Origin: Azolla caroliniana
Taxonomy: Eukaryota > Plantae > Polypodiophyta
DNA length: 64,000 nucleotides
Assembly (NCBI GenBank): GCA_043228905.1
Contig: JBHGNT010000002.1
Location: forward strand, 11,594,001-11,658,000
Direction of reading: 5' to 3'
The notes beneath the pieces were generated by a model. The model saw only the letters and a program-made list of their open reading frames with translations, had not been told where the DNA came from and ran no database searches. Of this stretch, positions 61,230-64,000 are shown one piece after another. Within the stretch, counting starts at the first letter, position 1. Each line of letters starts with the position of its first letter. Both the position numbers and the translations under genes were made by a program.

Positions 61230-61760
61230 ATATGGCCATGCCCGTAACAGATACCACATCCCCACCACATACATCGGCCCATGACTTCGTTGTACATACA
61301 TTTTTCATCTCACTAACATCCCGCCTCATTGTGTCCAATTTTTCTTCTTTTAATGCTTCCTTTAACTCAATCTTGTTAAGGCGCTCATTTGTTTCGAAAG
61401 AATCTTTCTTACATTCTTGAATCTTATCTTCAACTTTTGCAACCACTTTCTTAAGACTTCCATTCTCAATGACAACAATTTGGCACTTAGCATTCTCTTT
61501 CATTACCGTCCTAATCTCTTCACCTTGCTTGTTTATGGTTTCTTGAAGAGAAATCAAGTGAACCATAAGCATTTTGTCTATTGCATTGGAATCAAGATTT
61601 GTTGGTGATCTCGGTTCATTATCAATCATACTCCCGGACTTTGTGGTGGCTTTACGAGTGTTTGCAATTGTAGGACCAAACCCTACAGGAAGAGAGAGAG
61701 AGAGAGAGAGAGAGAAGGAGAGAGAAGGAGAGAGAATGTACCTTTCACTCGACTTAGGGC
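61230..61760 (-). pseudogene. Coiled-coil ORF fragment, possibly the 5' end or ORF1 of a LINE
   Basis: A (CT)n leader is followed by a heptad-rich ORF ending 'KSWADV' and cut by the adjacent LTR. Identity is inferred from architecture only. Confidence 0.4.
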
Positions 61761-61839
61761 ATTCCTTAGAAAGCTCTCTGAAAGAGCTTTCCAACGAGCT
61801 ATAGAACATAGAAAATGGTGGCTGGATTCAAACGGGCCC

Positions 61840-62157
61840 AAAGAGAGAGAGAGAGAGAGAGCAGACAACAAGAAAAAGTCTATTTGAAAAAATGACTCAG
61901 TACAAAACAATGTGCTCATAAAGCACTTCGTATACAAGCCTCTAACATAGGCTGACTCAAGTACTTGAATGCTCACACGTGAGCTCTAACACTAAATGTC
62001 TATAGTATTCATAATTACTAAAATAGGAATGTAGGCCTCTAATGGCTTGTCGGCTCCCAACCGATCTTCCTTAGTTGACTTGGCTCTCGGCTTCTTCAAC
62101 CGATTCAACGTACTTGCCTTTAGCCGATCCGGCTCATGTTGAATTTGTCTCTCACGC
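61840..62157 (-). mobile_element. Copia family A LTR fragment
   Basis: Closely matches ~2860-3103 (AAAACAATGTGCTCATAAAGCAC...CGGCTCATGTTGA). Confidence 0.8.
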
Positions 62158-62442
62158 CTGTTGATGTTCCAGTTCCTAGTGAGGACCTCACATCCATTGT
62201 GTTCTAGTTCCTTATGAGGGCCGCACATGGTCACTCATGCCCGTTGGTGTTCTTGTTCCCGGTGAGGATCGCACATGGTGGCTCACGCCCATTGATGTTC
62301 TAGTCTCCAATGAGGACCTCACATGGTCGCTCACGCCCGTTGATGTTCTAGTCTCCAATGAGAATCTCACATGGTCGCTCACATCCGTTCGTGTTCCAGC
62401 CTCCAGTGAGAGCCACACATGGTCGTTCACACCCATTCTTGT
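62156..62442. repeat. Minisatellite, ~48-bp unit, about 6 copies
   Basis: Consensus CCCGTTGATGTTCTAGTCTCCAATGAGGACCTCACATGGTCGCTCACG. Confidence 0.85.
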
Positions 62443-62898
62443 TGTCATAGTGTAATTTGTACACTACGTGAAATAAGTACAGAGTACCCAATTAAATAAA
62501 TATAAAGAAATAGAAGAAAATACAAAAATATACGTTACATGCATAGGGCAAGTCAAACCATGTACCTCCGTGTTAACAAATCCAAACCTTACCATTGTAC
62601 CAACTCATCATAAGTAATATAATTAGAGATTTAATATTTCGAAAAGTTTATCCTCAAGTTTAAATTCTAGGAAAAGCTACTTTTTACACGTAGAGTGCAT
62701 AAAACTTTAGTTAGAAGAAAAGGCATGAAAGAAAAAGCTATCCATGCACATCTCACATACATGAACACTATTATTAGAAGAAAAAGCAATTCATGCACAT
62801 CTAGTGTGCATGAACACTTTAGAAAAAGCATGATGCTTGCCATGTGGTAAGCTATACTTAGCCTCTTCCATCACTATATAAGAAGAGGAGAAAGATGT
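62443..62898 (+). mobile_element. Partial LTR of family Z
   Basis: Starts TGTCATAG, with antisense tRNA-like boxes at 62551-62602 and TATATAA at ~62875. Cut by a copia LTR at 62899. Confidence 0.6.
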
Positions 62899-64000
62899 TG
62901 TCAAAGTTAATATGCAGAAGCTTCGACAAACCGGTTCACCCGGATAGCAATAGAAAGAGTATAGGTTTAATGGAAGCTTCACAAAACACAGACAAAGAGT
63001 GGGAGAGACAGAGAGAGCAGGATAACATAAACTAAATTCAAAATAATAACACTCTCTACATACAAATGTCCTATAGAACACCTTTTATACAAGTCCTTAA
63101 AATGACTAATAGAAGTACTGGCAAGTACTTCAATGCTCATACAAGCAACTAACACTAACTCCAAAGAATATGCCTACATACTAGGCTAAGGTTGTAGGTC
63201 TCTAACGGCCTACCAGTTATAATACAGTCCGTCTCTCTGATCCGGCTCTTGGTTCCGGATACCGATCTGGATACCTATTTGGTTCTCCGTTCCAGATACC
63301 GATCCAGTTCTAGCTTATTTAGCCGATCTGGATCCGGTTGAGCTTGTCCTCTCAACACTTCCCCTCAACCTCAACTTGAGGTCGGATCGCAGTGTCAATG
63401 TCTGCCGAACCTTGCGGTCGGATTCTTCTGGCGTCTTCACGCCTCGTTCGCGCTCCTCGACCTGTCCAGTCCCGCGCACCTCAACCTTCTTGATCGGCTT
63501 ATCTATTCATAAGGCCCATCTCAGCTCCTTCGTTGTTGCGACTCCGGCGCTTCACGACCCGTCGGTTCCTCCATGTCAGTGTCAACTTCCGCTACATCCT
63601 CATCCGTTTGGCCTTAAGTTGATCCGGCTCCACCGAATCAAACACCTCATCCGAATCGGATGCCTCCGATTCGTTCTAGATCTTGTCTGAATTGGTTGGT
63701 CGCCGCTTGTTCCAACTTGTTTGGACGTGTTGACTTCTTCAGTCGACTCAGCTCCCTATTCTTCTTGTCTCCCCATGCTTCAGTTTTTTCCGTCTTTTCG
63801 GCTGCTTGTTCGGTGCCTTTGCCTGTTTTCCCGTTATCCATTCTAGTTTCCTCCTTTCTCCCCCTCAAGTGCGGCATGTTGAGATGCTGAATACCAAGCA
63901 TCTCCGTAAAATGTTGCAACTTGTCGGTTTCAAGCACCTTGGTGAAGATGTCGGCAACGTGTCGATCCGTTCGTACATACCAGAGTTTAACTTCACCGCT
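62899..64000 (-). mobile_element. Copia family A 3' end (RNase H end, 3' extension, PPT, 3' LTR 62899-63357)
   Basis: Minus-strand 'ADIFTK..ETDKLQHFTEMLG' and PPT TTGAGGGGAAG followed by TGTTGAGAGGACAAGCTCAAC. Runs off the window edge. Confidence 0.88.

Noticed and set aside
61228-61809. Host gene encoding a coiled-coil protein
   Set aside because: The ORF start runs through a CT microsatellite, it is truncated by an LTR, and no exon structure is evident. More likely a retroelement ORF1 fragment.
62156-62442. CRISPR-like array
   Set aside because: Whole 48-bp units are repeated with no unique spacers, there are no cas genes, and the context is eukaryotic. The 292-bp and 54-bp arrays are rejected for the same reasons.

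Overview
This is eukaryotic, almost certainly plant, repeat-rich DNA. No host gene, rRNA, intact tRNA or CRISPR array is visible. The window is a deeply nested stack of retroelements: several Ty1/copia families, a chromodomain-bearing Ty3/gypsy family (Tcn1-like; one young copy and two decayed copies), two non-chromovirus gypsy elements with a large extra 3' ORF, two LTR elements primed by tRNA-Trp, solo LTRs, LINE remnants and a hAT-type MITE. The Tcn1-like family suggests a non-seed land plant such as a fern, lycophyte or bryophyte (inference). The centrepiece is a very young chromovirus at 4970-10732 (LTRs identical by eye, TSD ACCAC). It combines a long in-register heat-shock-element array abutting the TATA box, a Tf1-style self-priming site instead of a tRNA PBS, a G_UUA_AAC -1 frameshift with a predicted pseudoknot, and an antisense tRNA-like A/B-box module at the LTR edge. 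The same kind of antisense tRNA-like module, at canonical spacing and upstream of the TATA box, recurs in the LTRs of two other families with no other visible similarity. All coordinates, alignments and family names were read by eye with no database search, so lineage labels are provisional.
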